Of a stretch of 64,000 nt of DNA, positions 14,910-28,146 are shown in pieces; position 1 is the first letter of the stretch, and every line of letters begins with the position of its first letter. The stretch lies in NCBI GenBank assembly GCA_013239625.1, contig MU054129.1, forward strand, positions 65,238 to 129,237, given 5' to 3'. The translations under genes and the position numbers were made by a program. The notes under the pieces were generated by a model. The model was not told where the DNA came from and ran no database searches. It saw only the letters and a list, made by a program, of their open reading frames with translations. The stretch is from Lama guanicoe (Eukaryota).

Positions 14910-15433
14910 TGTTGCCGAGGCCACACTTGTTCTGCTCGCTGCACAACAGTGATAAACAAATCAATCAGGAGACAAGGTTTTGGGGTGAGGAATAGTAACT
15001 TTTTTCAGAAAGCTGGCAGACCAAGAAGAAGGGGGACTAATGTCCTGGAGAATCATCATGCCCAAGTCAGAATTCAGGCTCCTTTTAAGCTAAAATGTGG
15101 AGGGTGTGTCGTTGGCTGTGCAAACTTCTTGCTGCAGGCATTCTTTGTTCTTGCAGCCATCCATGTGGGTCAGGCTGTGGTGTCCCTGTAAACCTCCAAC
15201 AAAACAAAGGCTATTCTCTATTTTGCAACTTGCCATCCCTGTATAAGTGCAGAAGGGCTAACATCCTTAAAGGTCAGAGCCCTGAGAATAGGCTTTCCTG
15301 TAGATTTTAAGCTAAAGACAACGTTGTTTTACAAAAGGTGCCGAGCCAGCAAGATTAAGCCTGGAAAAAAGGGCACAGTGGTTCAAACTAAAGGAACAGT
15401 TCCAATGTGGAGTCAGACTTGTTCTCTGTTACA
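14910..15433 (-). mobile_element. solo LTR (ERV1-like), 524 bp
   Basis: TG...CA termini (tgttgccgag...ctctgttaca) with a perfect 4-bp TSD GTTC (14906-14909, 15434-15437). Orientation is inferred from resemblance to antisense ERV1 LTRs. Confidence 0.75.
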
Positions 15434-16699
15434 GTTCGAGTTAGGGGAAATTTTGCAGTAGAAAATCCCCTCAGTTGTTTTTCTTGATTTGCCTGAGATC
15501 TTGTTTATTGGCTTGTGGTCTCATGTGTCTAAACTGTATGTTCAGATGAATATTATTAAAATCATATGCTGTGGAAAACGTATCTGTTCTGCTTCAAAAA
15601 TGACTGAAACATTTAGCTTTGTTTATTCCCATAGAATTTGGATTGAATCTATTCTCGAGTTTCTTCTTCCTTCAAACCAATTTTTTACTGGAGTGTTTAA
15701 AGCCCAAACTAAAGAATTGTGGAGAAGACCCATATAATTCGTAAGAGCTTTACATCCGAATTTAAGACTGACCCATATTTATACTTTTAATCAAGGAAAA
15801 CAATAAATTTGTTAGTCAATCATTTATGGTGTTTTTAACTTTCTCCCTGTAATCTTTTGGAAGTTGAGAGGGTTATACACCTGATCTAATAAAACAGGTG
15901 TCATTGCTTGACTCTGTGAATGAAAGAATCCCAGTGTAGTTTCCTGCAAGTGTATTTTATTAAAAATAATAAAGAATCCTTGCTCTCTAATAAAGCAACA
16001 GACAGAAGAACATACTGAGTGTTTAAAATAAATAAGACTATGGGTTAACTTACCTAAATAAGTCAAGATAGAATAGAGAAAAAAGTATGTACTTGAAGGA
16101 AAATAGATATTGTGCAATTAATATCTCATTTTTAAGAAGCAAATGATAAAAAACCCCACAATAATTGATCATTTATCTACAAAGGAATTATAAAAAGCCA
16201 ACTTATTTTCATAAGAGTTACATAAACAAATGGGCTATCTAAATCTACATTATTAAAGATTGAATTATGCCAAATAGTTCTCCAAGGTTGAATGATTTTC
16301 ATATCTATAATTTTTGAAAATATAACTTACATATAACATAACCAAGCAGCCTTTCAGTTATCCACAGTACCCTAGTATACAGTTATTCTTACTGTACTTA
16401 AAACAAGTAATAGACAAGGTTCAGGCCCTTGCTTTTGAACTGCCCCTGGAATTCTGAATATTCCCTTATGTTAAAGACCAAAAGCAAAGTAACATTTCTA
16501 CTTTAAAGCAGTTGCTCGAACACTTTTAGACATTCAATATCTATGTCCAGTTACAAGAAAGAATTAAGTTTTCTGAGCCTTAAAAAAAAGAAATCTACTG
16601 CTGAAAATGAAATTCTGTCATGTATGCTGACCATAACTATAAAAGCTCTAAAGTAATGTTCCCTTTACTCTTTTCCTTCCAACATAGGTCATGATCAAT

Positions 16700-19600
16700 G
16701 CTTTCAAATTCCATTTATGCTAGATGAACGAACGCCTCTCCACATGTTCAATTTTGACAGCTGAATGTGTGTGAAAGCCGTCAATCACCTAGCTTGTTGG
16801 GAAAACACAGTTTCTTTTCAGTGGGAAAATACACAACATACATATATATGGGGAGGTACTAGCTCCAACACGGTTTTACAGAGAAAACTGCATGAACTTG
16901 AAACTGACACTAAGAAACATACTGAGAAATCACATTAAGTGTTTCTATGGCTCCTTAATCCCTTTATGCTACATTAATGAACGCGTCTCCACATGCTCAA
17001 TTCTGAGAGTTGAATGTGCGTGCAATCGGTCAATGACCTATCTTGTTGGGAACACAGTTTCTTTAGAGTATATATATATATATATATGGATAGGTAGTAG
17101 TTCCAACACGGTTATACACTGAAAACTGCATAAACTTCAAACTGGCACTAGGAAACATTTAGAAATCAGAATAAGTGTTTCTAATCTTACAAAATCACTT
17201 TATGCTACATGAACGAACACATCTACACATGTTCAATTCTGAGAGTTGAATGTGTCCAAAAACCATCAATCCGTTAGCTTGTAGGGAACACACAGTTTCT
17301 TTTGAGCGGGGAACTACACTACATACATATAGATGGGGAGGTAATATTTCCAAGTCGACTTTACAGTGAAAACTGCATGAAATTCAAACCGGACCTAGGA
17401 AACATAATGAGAAACCAGAGTAAGTGTTTCTACTACAACCCATTGCCTTCATCCTAGATGAACGAATGCCTATCTGCATGCTCAGTTCTGAGAGTTGAAT
17501 GTGTCCAAAAACCATCAATCCGTTAGCTTGTAGGGAACACACAGTTTCTTTTGAGCGGGGAACTACACTACATACATATAGATGGGGAGGTAATATTTCC
17601 AAGTCGACTTTACAGTGAAAACTGCATGAAATTCAAATCAGCACTAGGAAAGAAACTGAGAAACCAGAGTAGTGTTTCTACTGCAACCCATTCCCTTTAT
17701 GCTAGATGAATGAACGTATCTCAAAATGCTCTATTCTGAGACTTAAGTGTGTATGAAAGCCATCAATCACCTAGCTGTTTGGGAACACACAGTTTCTTTT
17801 CAGTTGGGAATTAGACTACATAAATATATGTAGCGAGATACTAGCACCAACCTGGTTTTACAGTGAATACTGCATGAAATTCAAACTGGCACGAGGAAAT
17901 ATACTGAGAAAACTTAGTAAGTGTTTCTACGGCAACTCATTCCCTTCATCGTAGATGAACGAACGTCTCTCCACAGGCTCAGTTCTGAGAGTTGAATGTG
18001 TGTGAAATCATCTATCACTAATCATGTAGAGAACACAGTTTCTTTTCACTGGGGAACTACACTACATTCATATATATGGGGAGGTACTAGCTCCAAGTTG
18101 ATTTTACAGTGAAAACTGCATGAACTTCAAACCGGCACTAGGAAACAGACTGAGAAAACAGCATAATTGTTTCTAATGCTACCCATTCTCTTCATCCTAG
18201 ATGAACTAATGCTTCACCCCATGCTCAGTTCTGAGAGCTAACTCTGTGCGAAAGCCATCTATCACTTAGCTTGTAGGGAAAACACAGTTACTTTTGATTT
18301 GGGAAATACAGTACATACATATAAATGGGGAGGTACTAGTACCAAGTCGGTTCAAAAGTGGAAACTGCATGAAGTTCAGACTGGCATTAGTAAATATACT
18401 GAGAAACCAGAGTAAGTGTTTCAACTGCTACCCATTCCATTTATGCTATATGAATGAACGTCTCTACACATGCTCAATTCTGAGAGTTAATTCAGGGACA
18501 AATCCTTGGATCAGTTAGCTTGTTTGGAACACAGTTTCTTTTCAGGGGGAAACTACTATATATATAATATGAATATATATATGGTGTGGTATTAGTTCCA
18601 ACACGGTTTTACAGTGAAAATTGCATGATTCAAATCCGCACTAGGAAACATACTGAGAAACCAAAGTGTATCTACAGTAAACCATTCTATTTATGCTAGA
18701 TGAACGAACCCCTCCCTACTTTTTCAGTTCCTGGAATTGAATGTCTGTGAAAGCCATAAATCAAAAAGCCAGTCGGGATCACATAGCTTCTTTTACGTGA
18801 GGAATAACACTACATAAATATACATGGGGAGTTAAAAGCTCCAAATAGATTTTGCAGTGAAAACTGCAAGAACATGAAACCGGCAGTAGTAAACATACAG
18901 AGAAACAAGTGTAGGTGTTTCTAGTGCTATGTATTCTCTTTATGCTATATGAACAAACGACACTCGACATGCCCAGCTCTGAGATATATGTGTGAGTCAA
19001 AGCCATCATTCACCTAGCAGTTTGGAGCACCATGGCCTTCAAATCGACACTTGGAAACATACTGAGAAACCACAGTAAATGTTTCACATGCAAACAATTC
19101 CCATCATACTAGACGAAAGAAAGTCTCCACATGCTCTGTTCAGAGAGTTAAGTGTGAACAAAGAAACACAAGTTTCTTTTCAGTAGGAAACTACACTACA
19201 TATATTTCTATGAGGAGGGACTAGATCCTACTCCATTTAAAGAGAAACCTGCATAAACCTCAAACAGACACAAAGAAACAGACTCTGAAACAAGAGTAAG
19301 TGCTTATACTGCAAACCATTCCCTTTGTGCTACATGAACTTAGGTCCCTGCACATGCTCAGTTCTGAGAGATAAGTGTGTGTGAACGTCGTCCTTACATT
19401 AGCTTGTTGGGAAAACAAGCTTCTTTTCAGTTGGAAACTGCACTACATACATTTCTGTGGGGAGGGACTAGATCCAACATTGTTTTTCAGAGAAAATTGC
19501 ATGAAATTCAAACTGGCACTAGGATAAAGACTCAGAAACCAGAGTAAGTGTTTACCTTGCAACGCATTCCCTTTGTGCTAGATGAAACAATGTCTCTCCA

Positions 19601-22600
19601 CATGATGAATTTTGAGAGATAAATGTGTGTGAAAGCCGTCCTTCACCTGCATTGTTGGGAAACCACAATTTCTTTTCGGTTGGAAACTACACTCCATACA
19701 TAGATATGGGGAGGTACGAGCTCCAAATCGGTTTTACAGTGAAAACTTCATGAACTTCAAGCCAGCACTGGGAAACAGAATGAGAAAGCAGAGTATGTCT
19801 TATTCATACAACCCATCCTTTCTTGCTTGATGAACGAACGTCTCTCCACATGCTCATTTCTGAGGGATAAGTGTGTGAAGGCCGTCCTTCACGTAGCTTG
19901 ATGAGAACAAAAGTTTTTTTTCAGTTGGGGATTACACTAAATACATTTGTATATGGAGGGAATAGATACATCTAGAAATTACACAGAAAATTGCAAGAAT
20001 ATAAAACCGGCACTAGAAAACAGACAAAAAACCAGAGCAGGTGTTTCTACTGCAAAAAAATCCCTCTGTGCTAGATGAAAGAACGTCTTTCCACATGCTC
20101 ATTTCTGAGAGATAAGTGGGTGTGAAAGCCATTATTCAACTTGCTTGCTGGGAACACAACGTATCTTTTCAGTTGGATACAATAATATATAGGGAAGTAA
20201 TAGCTCCAACTCGGTTTTAAATTGAAAACTGCATGAAGTTCATATCGGCACAAGGAAACAAACTCTGAAACAAGAGTAAGTGTTTCTCCTGCTACCATTC
20301 CCTTTCTGCTTGAAGAAATTAGGTCTCTTCACATGCCCAGTTCTAAGAGATAAGTGTGTGTGAAAGCCGTCATTCACCTAGCTTGTTGGGAACACAAAGA
20401 TTCTTTTCAGTTGCAAACTCCACTCCATACATATATATGGGGAGGTACAAGCTCCAACTCGATTTTACAGTGAAAACTGCAGGAACTTACAACCTGCACT
20501 AAGAAACAGACTGAGAAACCAGAGTAGTATTTCTCCTGTAACATGCTCCCTTTATGATAGATGAACGAACGTTTCTCCACATGATCAGTTCTGAGAGATA
20601 AGTGTGTGTGAAAGCCGTCCTTCACCTAGCTTGAAGGGAACACAAAGTTTCTTTTAAGAAGCAAACTCCAATACATACATATATAAGGGGAGGTTCAAGC
20701 TGCAACACTGTTTTACAGTTAAATCTGAAGGTACTTCAAATCAGCACTGGGAAAAAAAGAAACCAGAGAAAGCGTTTCCCCTGCCAACCGTTCCCTTTGT
20801 GCTAGATGAACGAAAATCTCTACAAATGCTCAGTTATGAGAGATAAGTGTGTGTGAAAGCCGTTCTTCAACAAGCTTGTTGGGAACACAAAGTTTCTTTT
20901 CAGTTGCAAATTCCACTGCATACATATATATGGTGAGGTACATGCTCTAACACGGTTTAACTGTGAAAACTGCAGGAACTTCAAACCGGCCCTAGGAAAC
21001 AGACTGATAAACCAGACTATGTGTTTCTCCTGCAACCCGTTCCCTTTGTGCTGGGTGAACGAACGTCTCTCCACATGCTCAGTTCTGAGAGATAAGTGTG
21101 TGTGAAAGCCGTCCTTCACCTAGCTTGAATGGAACACAAAGTTTCTTTTCAGTTGGAAACACCGTTACATACATATATATGGGGAGGTCCTAGCTCCAAC
21201 TCGGTTTTACAATGAAAACTGCAGGAATTTCAAACTAGCACTATTAAATGTTCTGAGAACCCAGAATAATTGTTTCTCATGCAACCCGTTCCATTTGTGC
21301 TACATGAACGAACGTCTCTCCACATGCTCTTTTCTGATAGATAATTATGTGTTAAAGCCTTCCTTCACCTAGCTTGTTGGGAGCACGTTTTCTTTCTATA
21401 GGTATCTACACTACATACATATATATGGGGAATTCCTAGCTCCAACCCACCTTTACAGAGAAAACTTCCTGACATTCTAACCGGCTCTAGGAATAGATAC
21501 TGAGAAACCAGATTTTTTTTTCTACTACAATCCATTCCGTTTTTGCTAGATGTACTAACGTCTCACCACATGCTCTATTCTGAAAGATAAATGTTTGTGC
21601 AAGCCATCAACGACCTAACTTGTTGGGACCATGTTTGTTTTCAGTGGGTAACTACACTACATTCATATATAATGGGAGGTAATAGCTCTAATTCAGTGTT
21701 ACAGTGATAACTTCATGAACTTCAATCTGGCACGAGGAAAACATACTGAAAATCCAGTAGAATTCTTTCTAGTAGAAACCATTCCATTTATGCTTGATGA
21801 ACGAACGTGTCTCCATTTGCACTATTCTGAGAGTTAACTGTGTGCGAAAGTCTTCAATCAGCTAGCTTGATGGGAACGCACAGTTTCTTATGAGTGGTTA
21901 AATTCACTACATTTGTATAAAAGTGAAGGTACTAGTTCCAACTCTGATTGACAATGAAAACTGCATGAACTTCAAACCAGCACTAAGAATCATACTGAGA
22001 ATGCAGTGTAAGTGTTTCTACTGCAAATCATTCCCTTTATGTTAGACAAACAATGCCTCTCCACATTCTCAATATTCAGAACTGAATGAGTGTTGAAGCC
22101 ATCCTTCACCTAGCTTGTTGGAAATCCAGAGTTTTAGTAAATGGAAACTATGCTCCTTTCATATATATAGGGACTTACTAGCACGGACTCGGTTTTACAG
22201 TGCCAAATCGGCTTTAAGAAACAAGCTGACAACTCACAGAATGTGTTTCTGTATATCACTTAACCTTCAATGCTGTATAAATAACGCCTCTCCATAGGCT
22301 TACTTCTGACATCTGAATTTGTTTTGGAGACGTCCTTCACCTAACTTGTTGGAATCCCAAAGTTTCTTGTATAGGGGAACTACGCTACTTACATATGTAA
22401 GGGGGGGGCACTCGCTCCAACTCCGTTTTCCAGATCAAACCGCTTTTACATTGAATCTGGCGTAAGAAACATGCTCAGAAATCAGAGAATGTGAGTCTAG
22501 AAGTCCCTCTGCCTTTTGTGCTGGATGAAAGAAAGCCTCTCCACATGCTCAATTTTCAGGAATGTAGGAGTGTGGAAGCCGCCTTTCACCTAGCTTGTTG

Positions 22601-22765
22601 GAAACCCAGATTTTCAGTCCAAGGTAAACTTCGCTGCTTTCATATATATGGGGACGTCCTAGCACGAACTCAGTTTTTCACTGCAAACTGCTTTTACTTG
22701 AAACCGGGTTTAAGAAACATACTGAGAAATCAGAGAACGTGTTTGTACATCTCACTCTGCCTTTT
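16700..22765 (+). repeat. ~249-bp satellite DNA array, forward-oriented part (~25 diverged monomers)
   Basis: The motif 'gctagatgaacgaacgtctctccacatgctcagttctgagag' recurs near 16719, 16968, 17204, 17453, 17701, 17950, 18196, 18445, 18695, 18944 and onward, mostly 246-250 bp apart. Confidence 0.95.
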
Positions 22766-25260
22766 ATGTTTACTGTGAAATGCTGGTTTCAAAGAAAAAT
22801 CACTTTGCTTTGGTAAACTGCTTTGAATTGAGTTCCTGCGCTTTGATATGTAAATTGGGTAGTTCCCGTATTCCAGAAACTCTGGTTTTCCAACATGTTA
22901 GGAGAAGGACGTCTCCAACACAAATTCAAATGTCAGAAGTGATCTTGTGGAGAGGCGTTCTTTCATCCAGCATTGAAGGATAAGTGACATACGGAAATAG
23001 CCACTCTGTATTCTCAGCAGGTTTCCTAATGCCAGTTTCTAAGGAAGAGCATTTTGCTGTGGAAAACCGCTTTTGAGCGAGCGCCTCTGCTTAAATATGT
23101 AAGCAGCGTAGTTTCCCTAGACCAGAAACCCTTGTTTTCGAAGAAGTTATGTGAAGAATGGCTCCAACTCACATTTGGATGTCAGAAGTGAGCATGTTGG
23201 AAGGCGTTCCTTCTTACACCATTGAAGGTTAAGTGAAATACTGAAACACTCACTCTGATTTCTTAGCATGTTTCTGAAATCCGTTTCAAGTAAAAACGTT
23301 TTGCAGTGGAAATGCGAGTTGGTGCTAGATCGTTCGCATATATATGAAAGCAGCGTTGTTTCCCTAGTCCAAAAACTGTTGGTTCCCAACGAGCTAGATG
23401 ACGGACGGCTTCCATACATATACAGATTTGAAAATAGAGCATGTGGAGAGGCCTTATTTCTCTCAGCATAAAAAGCAGAGTGACATGTAGAAACACATTC
23501 TCTGATTTCTCAGCATGTTTACTAACACCGGTTTCAAAGTAAAAGTTGTTATCTGTGGCAAACCGTGTTGAAGCGAGGGCCTGCCCTTAGTCATGTTAGT
23601 AGCGTAGTTCCCCTAGACCAGAAACACTGGGTTTACTGCAAGTTAGGTGAAGGACAGTTCCAACACACATTCAGCTGTCAGACGTGAGCATGTGGAGATG
23701 CGCTCTTTCATCCAGCATTGAAGGTTAAGTGACATACACAAACATTTACTCTGATTTCTCAGAATGTTTCGCAAAGCCGGTTTTAAGTAAAAGTGGTTTG
23801 CATAGTAAAACCGAGTTGGTGCTAGTACGTTGCCATATATATGAAAGCAGCGTAGTTTCTGTAGTCCAGAAATTCTGGGTTCCCAACTAGCTTGGTGAAG
23901 GACGGCCTCCACACTTACAGATCTGAAAATAGAGTATGTGGAGTGGCATTATTTCATCCAGCATAAAAGGCAGAGTGACATGTAGAAACATATTCTCTGA
24001 TTTCTCAGCATGTTTACTAACGCCGATTTCAAAGTAAAAGCTGTTTGTGTGGAAAACTGCATTGGAGCGAGTGCCTCCCCTTAGATATGTAAGCAGTGTA
24101 GTACCCCTAGACCAGAAACTCTTGTTTTCCAACATTATCAGTGAAGGATGTCTCCAACTCTCATCCAGTTGTCATAAGTGAGCATGTGGAGAGGCGTTCT
24201 TTCATCCAGCATTGAAGGTTAAGTGACATACTGAAACACTTTCTCTGATTTCTCAGCATGTTTCTCAAAGCCGCTTTCAAGTAAAGCGGTTTGCAGTGGA
24301 AATGCGAGTTGGTGCTAGGATGTCCCCAAATATAAGAAAGCAGCGTAGTTCCCCTAGTCCTGAAACTATGGTTCCCAACAAGTTAGGTGAAAGACGGCTT
24401 TCATACATATACAGATTTGAAAATAGAGCATGTGGAGTGGCGTTCTTTCATCCAGAATTGAAGGTTAAGTGACATACAGAAACACTCTGATTTCTCAGTA
24501 TGTTTTTCAGAGCCGGTTGCAAGTAAACGCGGTTTGCAGTGAAAAACCGTTTTGGTACTAGTGTATCTCCATAGATATGTATGTAGCGTAGTTTCCCTAC
24601 CCCAGAATCTGTGGGTTCCCAATTAGCTAGTTGAAGGACGGCTTCCAAACTCATACATATCTGAAAATTGAGCATGTTATGTGGAGTTCTTTCATACAGC
24701 ATAAATGGTAACTAACTGATTTCTCAGCATGATTCTGAAAGCCGGTTTCAAGTAAAAGCTCTTTGGAATGGAAAAGCCACCTGGAGCTTGTGCCTCCCCT
24801 TATATAATTAAGTACCGTAATTCCCCGAGGCCAGAAACACTGGGTTCTCAAAAACCTAGGTGAAGATTGGCTTCCACTCACATATGTTTCCAAAATGGAA
24901 CAAGTGTAGAAGCATTCCTTTATCTCACCTAAACAGCAAGGCTACATCTCAAGCACTTACCATCATTTCTCTGCATGTTTACTTGAGTAGATTTAAAGCT
25001 AATAGCATTTTTCACTCAGAAACCTAGTTAGAGCTTATTCCTGCTGTTATATATATCGGTCAGGCAGTGCCCTAACACCACAATTCTGTGTTTCCAGCAG
25101 TGCTGGTGAAGGATGGCTTCCACACACATTCGGTTTTCTCTCCTCCTCACTCTTCTGCTTAGACATCATTGCAAGTTGTGTATTGTGGAAGTCAAGGAAA
25201 TTTTTTTCATTTAGGATCAGCCTCGGAGAAAACTGAGACCTGTTTCTGCTTCTTTTCCCT
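22766..25260 (-). repeat. same ~247-bp satellite family, inverted orientation (~10 monomers, decaying toward the right)
   Basis: Reverse-complement motifs 'gagcatgtggagaggcgttctttcatccagc' and 'ttcccaacaagctaggtgaaggacggc' recur about every 247 bp. Confidence 0.92.
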
Positions 25261-25400
25261 GCTAGATTTCTTCTTGATGCATTTCCAATCCTCAAGAGTG
25301 AGTTCCTTTAATCAAGTAATTATTTCAAAAAAATGTGCAGGTTTCCATAGGGCCATTACTTCTTTTATATTCTTGCTTTTTAAAACCCTCTTTCCATTCT

Positions 25401-25554
25401 NNNNNNNNNNNNNNNNNNNNNNNNNNNNNNNNNNNNNNNNNNNNNNNNNNNNNNNNNNNNNNNNNNNNNNNNNNNNNNNNNNNNNNNNNNNNNNNNNNNN
25501 NNNNNNNNNNNNNNNNNNNNNNNNNNNNNNNNNNNNNNNNNNNNNNNNNNNNNN
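25401..25554. other. assembly gap (N run)
   Basis: Run of N. Confidence 1.
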
Positions 25555-25949
25555 CAAGAGACAGGACCTTCAGGGCTGTCAGCAATGGAGGCAGAACAGT
25601 TGGAGGGACAGCAGGTGCTCGTGCTCAGTGGCTGAAGTCACACAACATCCACGGCCACCTCTGGTTAATCTTATAGTGTTGGTGCTGTGTGCAGGCTTTC
25701 AAGGCTGTGCCCCCCTCCCCACCAAACATATATATTAGGAAAAGTGGTGAGCCTCAGTATGAGAAACAATAAAGAATTTGTAGGGGAAATTGAGTTTATT
25801 GTTTTTAAAAAGAAAAATTAGCATCCAGGTAGTTTAATTTCAGCTCCTAATAGACTGATGTGTTGACATTCACAAGGATGTGTAAACACATGCAAGATCA
25901 TGGGGCAGGACCAGAGACTCTGAAGCAGCAATCACCACACACCACTTTC

Positions 25950-26750
25950 ACTGCTGTTCTTGACACCCTTACAGAATTACTTGATAAAGAAAAGGCCATA
26001 GATGTTAAATATCATCATTTTGAGAAAACAGTTCTTTTGAAATCTTATATACTAATGTAACTGAATTGGATAAAGAAATGCTAAATGTGTAATAAAGTAT
26101 CCAAAGAGGTAATGATTACTGAAAACATCACAAATTGAAGAGGACCACATCATAATGGGCATATATATTTTAATAATCTGGAAGAATCAGCTCAGCAGTG
26201 TATTCAAGACATCTAGAGATGATGTCAAAAGGGGGTGTCCTTGGATAGCTTTTTGTGAATGTTAGAGTGAAGTCAGGGTCAAGTACACAAGTTTAGTTTA
26301 AAAGCAAAAGGTGAAACAGATTTCTTTTCAAAAATCTATTGTGTCTGGTTAGAAATCATCAAATCCATGGGTCAAGGGAAGGAAAAATACCTAGTGACCA
26401 CGTGACTGTTTCAGGAGCTGGTAGTAAAATGACAGTTGACAATTGTGTAAATTAGATATGATCTTGATGTCCAACTGACCCAAAGATTTTTAGTCCATGT
26501 GCCAAAACTATATCAAGGAATAAATAGTGATCTATGTTTTGTCAGCTCTGTTATCCCCCCTTCAATCCTGCATTGTGATTGGGAAACTAAGAACTTCTAC
26601 TGCATGGAGGGGGATTTTCAAAAATGGAGTGTCCCCCGACCGAGAAAATAAAGAAAATTTAGCCATACACTTTAGAGACACATGGAGATCTGTTGAGGCA
26701 GATGACACTCAGTTTACTGTCAACTAGTAGGAGGTGCAGCTTTTTGATGA
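25950..26750 (+). mobile_element. CR1/L3 LINE reverse-transcriptase relic
   Basis: Translation LTELLDKEKAIDVKYHHFEKT resembles the CR1 RT motif VTxLVDxGxAVDVxYLDFxKAF. Downstream 'YVLSALLSPLQSCI' resembles the CR1 LYSALVRPHLEYC motif. Confidence 0.5.
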
Positions 26751-28094
26751 CTTGGGTACCACGTTGCTGCCTTTCTCAAGGTATTGCCCATGGCTCTTGA
26801 GAAATGATGAAGTGGGGCCAAGGAATTAGCCTCCGAATGCCCTTTGCCATGGATGTTGTCTCTATTGTCCACTTTTAAGCTTTAGCTTAGACAAGTTGCA
26901 GTGTCTTGCCAAGTGAGCTACAGACAGTAAGTGTATCTTGAAGCACACGGCTCTTTCTTCCTCACTGCAGCAGAGAACCTCTTTATTGGAGCATCCTGAG
27001 ATGTCACCGATGGTCATTTTTCATGTTAGGAATCAGTAAGGATGCTATGTGCACATGGATGAGGAGGGTAAGATTTCAGTCTCTAAAGTGATAATGATGG
27101 GTTGACCTTTTCACTTAAAGAGTCTCACATCAACAAATGCGTGTCTGTTCTGGACCAAGAAGAAACAATTGTTTGAAAAAGAATAGCTTGAAAGGTCAGT
27201 GGGACACGTCAGACATCTTCTTCATGTCTTCAAGTTCGGGTATCAAACATGGTTTTCCTATCCTGAGTGATACTGACAATTTGCCGTGCTCTGTGCCTCA
27301 TGTATACCAAAGGCTTTCCTAAATAAAATATCTAGAAATGGTAACATTCTTGATATTTGTTAAACCGGGGGAGATGAAGGAATTAAAATTAGTTCCTAAT
27401 GTGCATTGATTTTTTTAAAGACATTAATTTTATAGAAACTTTTGAAGAATTAAAGTGACAGAAAATTACCAAGCACCTTTTCCTTCTGGTAAGAAAGGGT
27501 TCTGTATTCCTTTATTGATGAATGTAACATAGAATCTGTACTAATATTATTTGTATTGTACTTAGTGTTTACAGAGTGATTCACAGATATTCTCCTATTT
27601 CATCTGTGCAATGACCTCTGGAAGATAAAATTTCCTAGTTATGCTTTTTAATGTCTATTTTTAACTCTGTCTAAAAGCAAATTGATTGAGCCCCATTTGC
27701 TCAGTTTGGAAGGCTGGACTGATTAATTGTGTCAGAACATTCCAGGAGGCAGATGAAAGAAGAGACAGGGGTTCTACACGATGGAAGGTGCTCCTGAAAT
27801 GATTTGATCAGCAATCTTATCCATTTTTCCCAAGGCTGGAAACAAAACACAAACCAAGACAAGGAAAACAGGGAGCCCATGTGACTCCAGCCTTGGCATG
27901 TAGAGTCACGGCTGTCCTTCTGTGCCTTGGAGAGGATGATGCTTTGGGTCTCTGTTCTACAAACTCTGTTTTGCTTTATCTCCACACTGTCTTGTTTTAT
28001 TGGCATATGCTGAAACTTGATTTACATTTCATAGCATTAAAACAAAAATCAAGATCTCTTTATCATATATTAACTATTTGGTAAATAGTTTTTG

Positions 28095-28146
28095 NNNNNN
28101 NNNNNNNNNNNNNNNNNNNNNNNNNNNNNNNNNNNNNNNNNNNNNN
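28095..28146. other. assembly gap (N run)
   Basis: Run of N. Confidence 1.

Noticed and set aside
16700..25260. Regularly spaced repeat as a CRISPR array or repeat-encoded protein
   Set aside because: Whole ~249-bp units are homologous with no unique spacers, the context is mammalian, and the similar short ORFs are by-products of satellite periodicity.
16700..25260. CENP-B box in the satellite
   Set aside because: The recurrent TTCG (antisense of cgaa) is not followed by the required NNNNANNCGGG in the monomers I inspected.
25169..25738. ORFs spanning the N gap
   Set aside because: Artefacts of translating through Ns.
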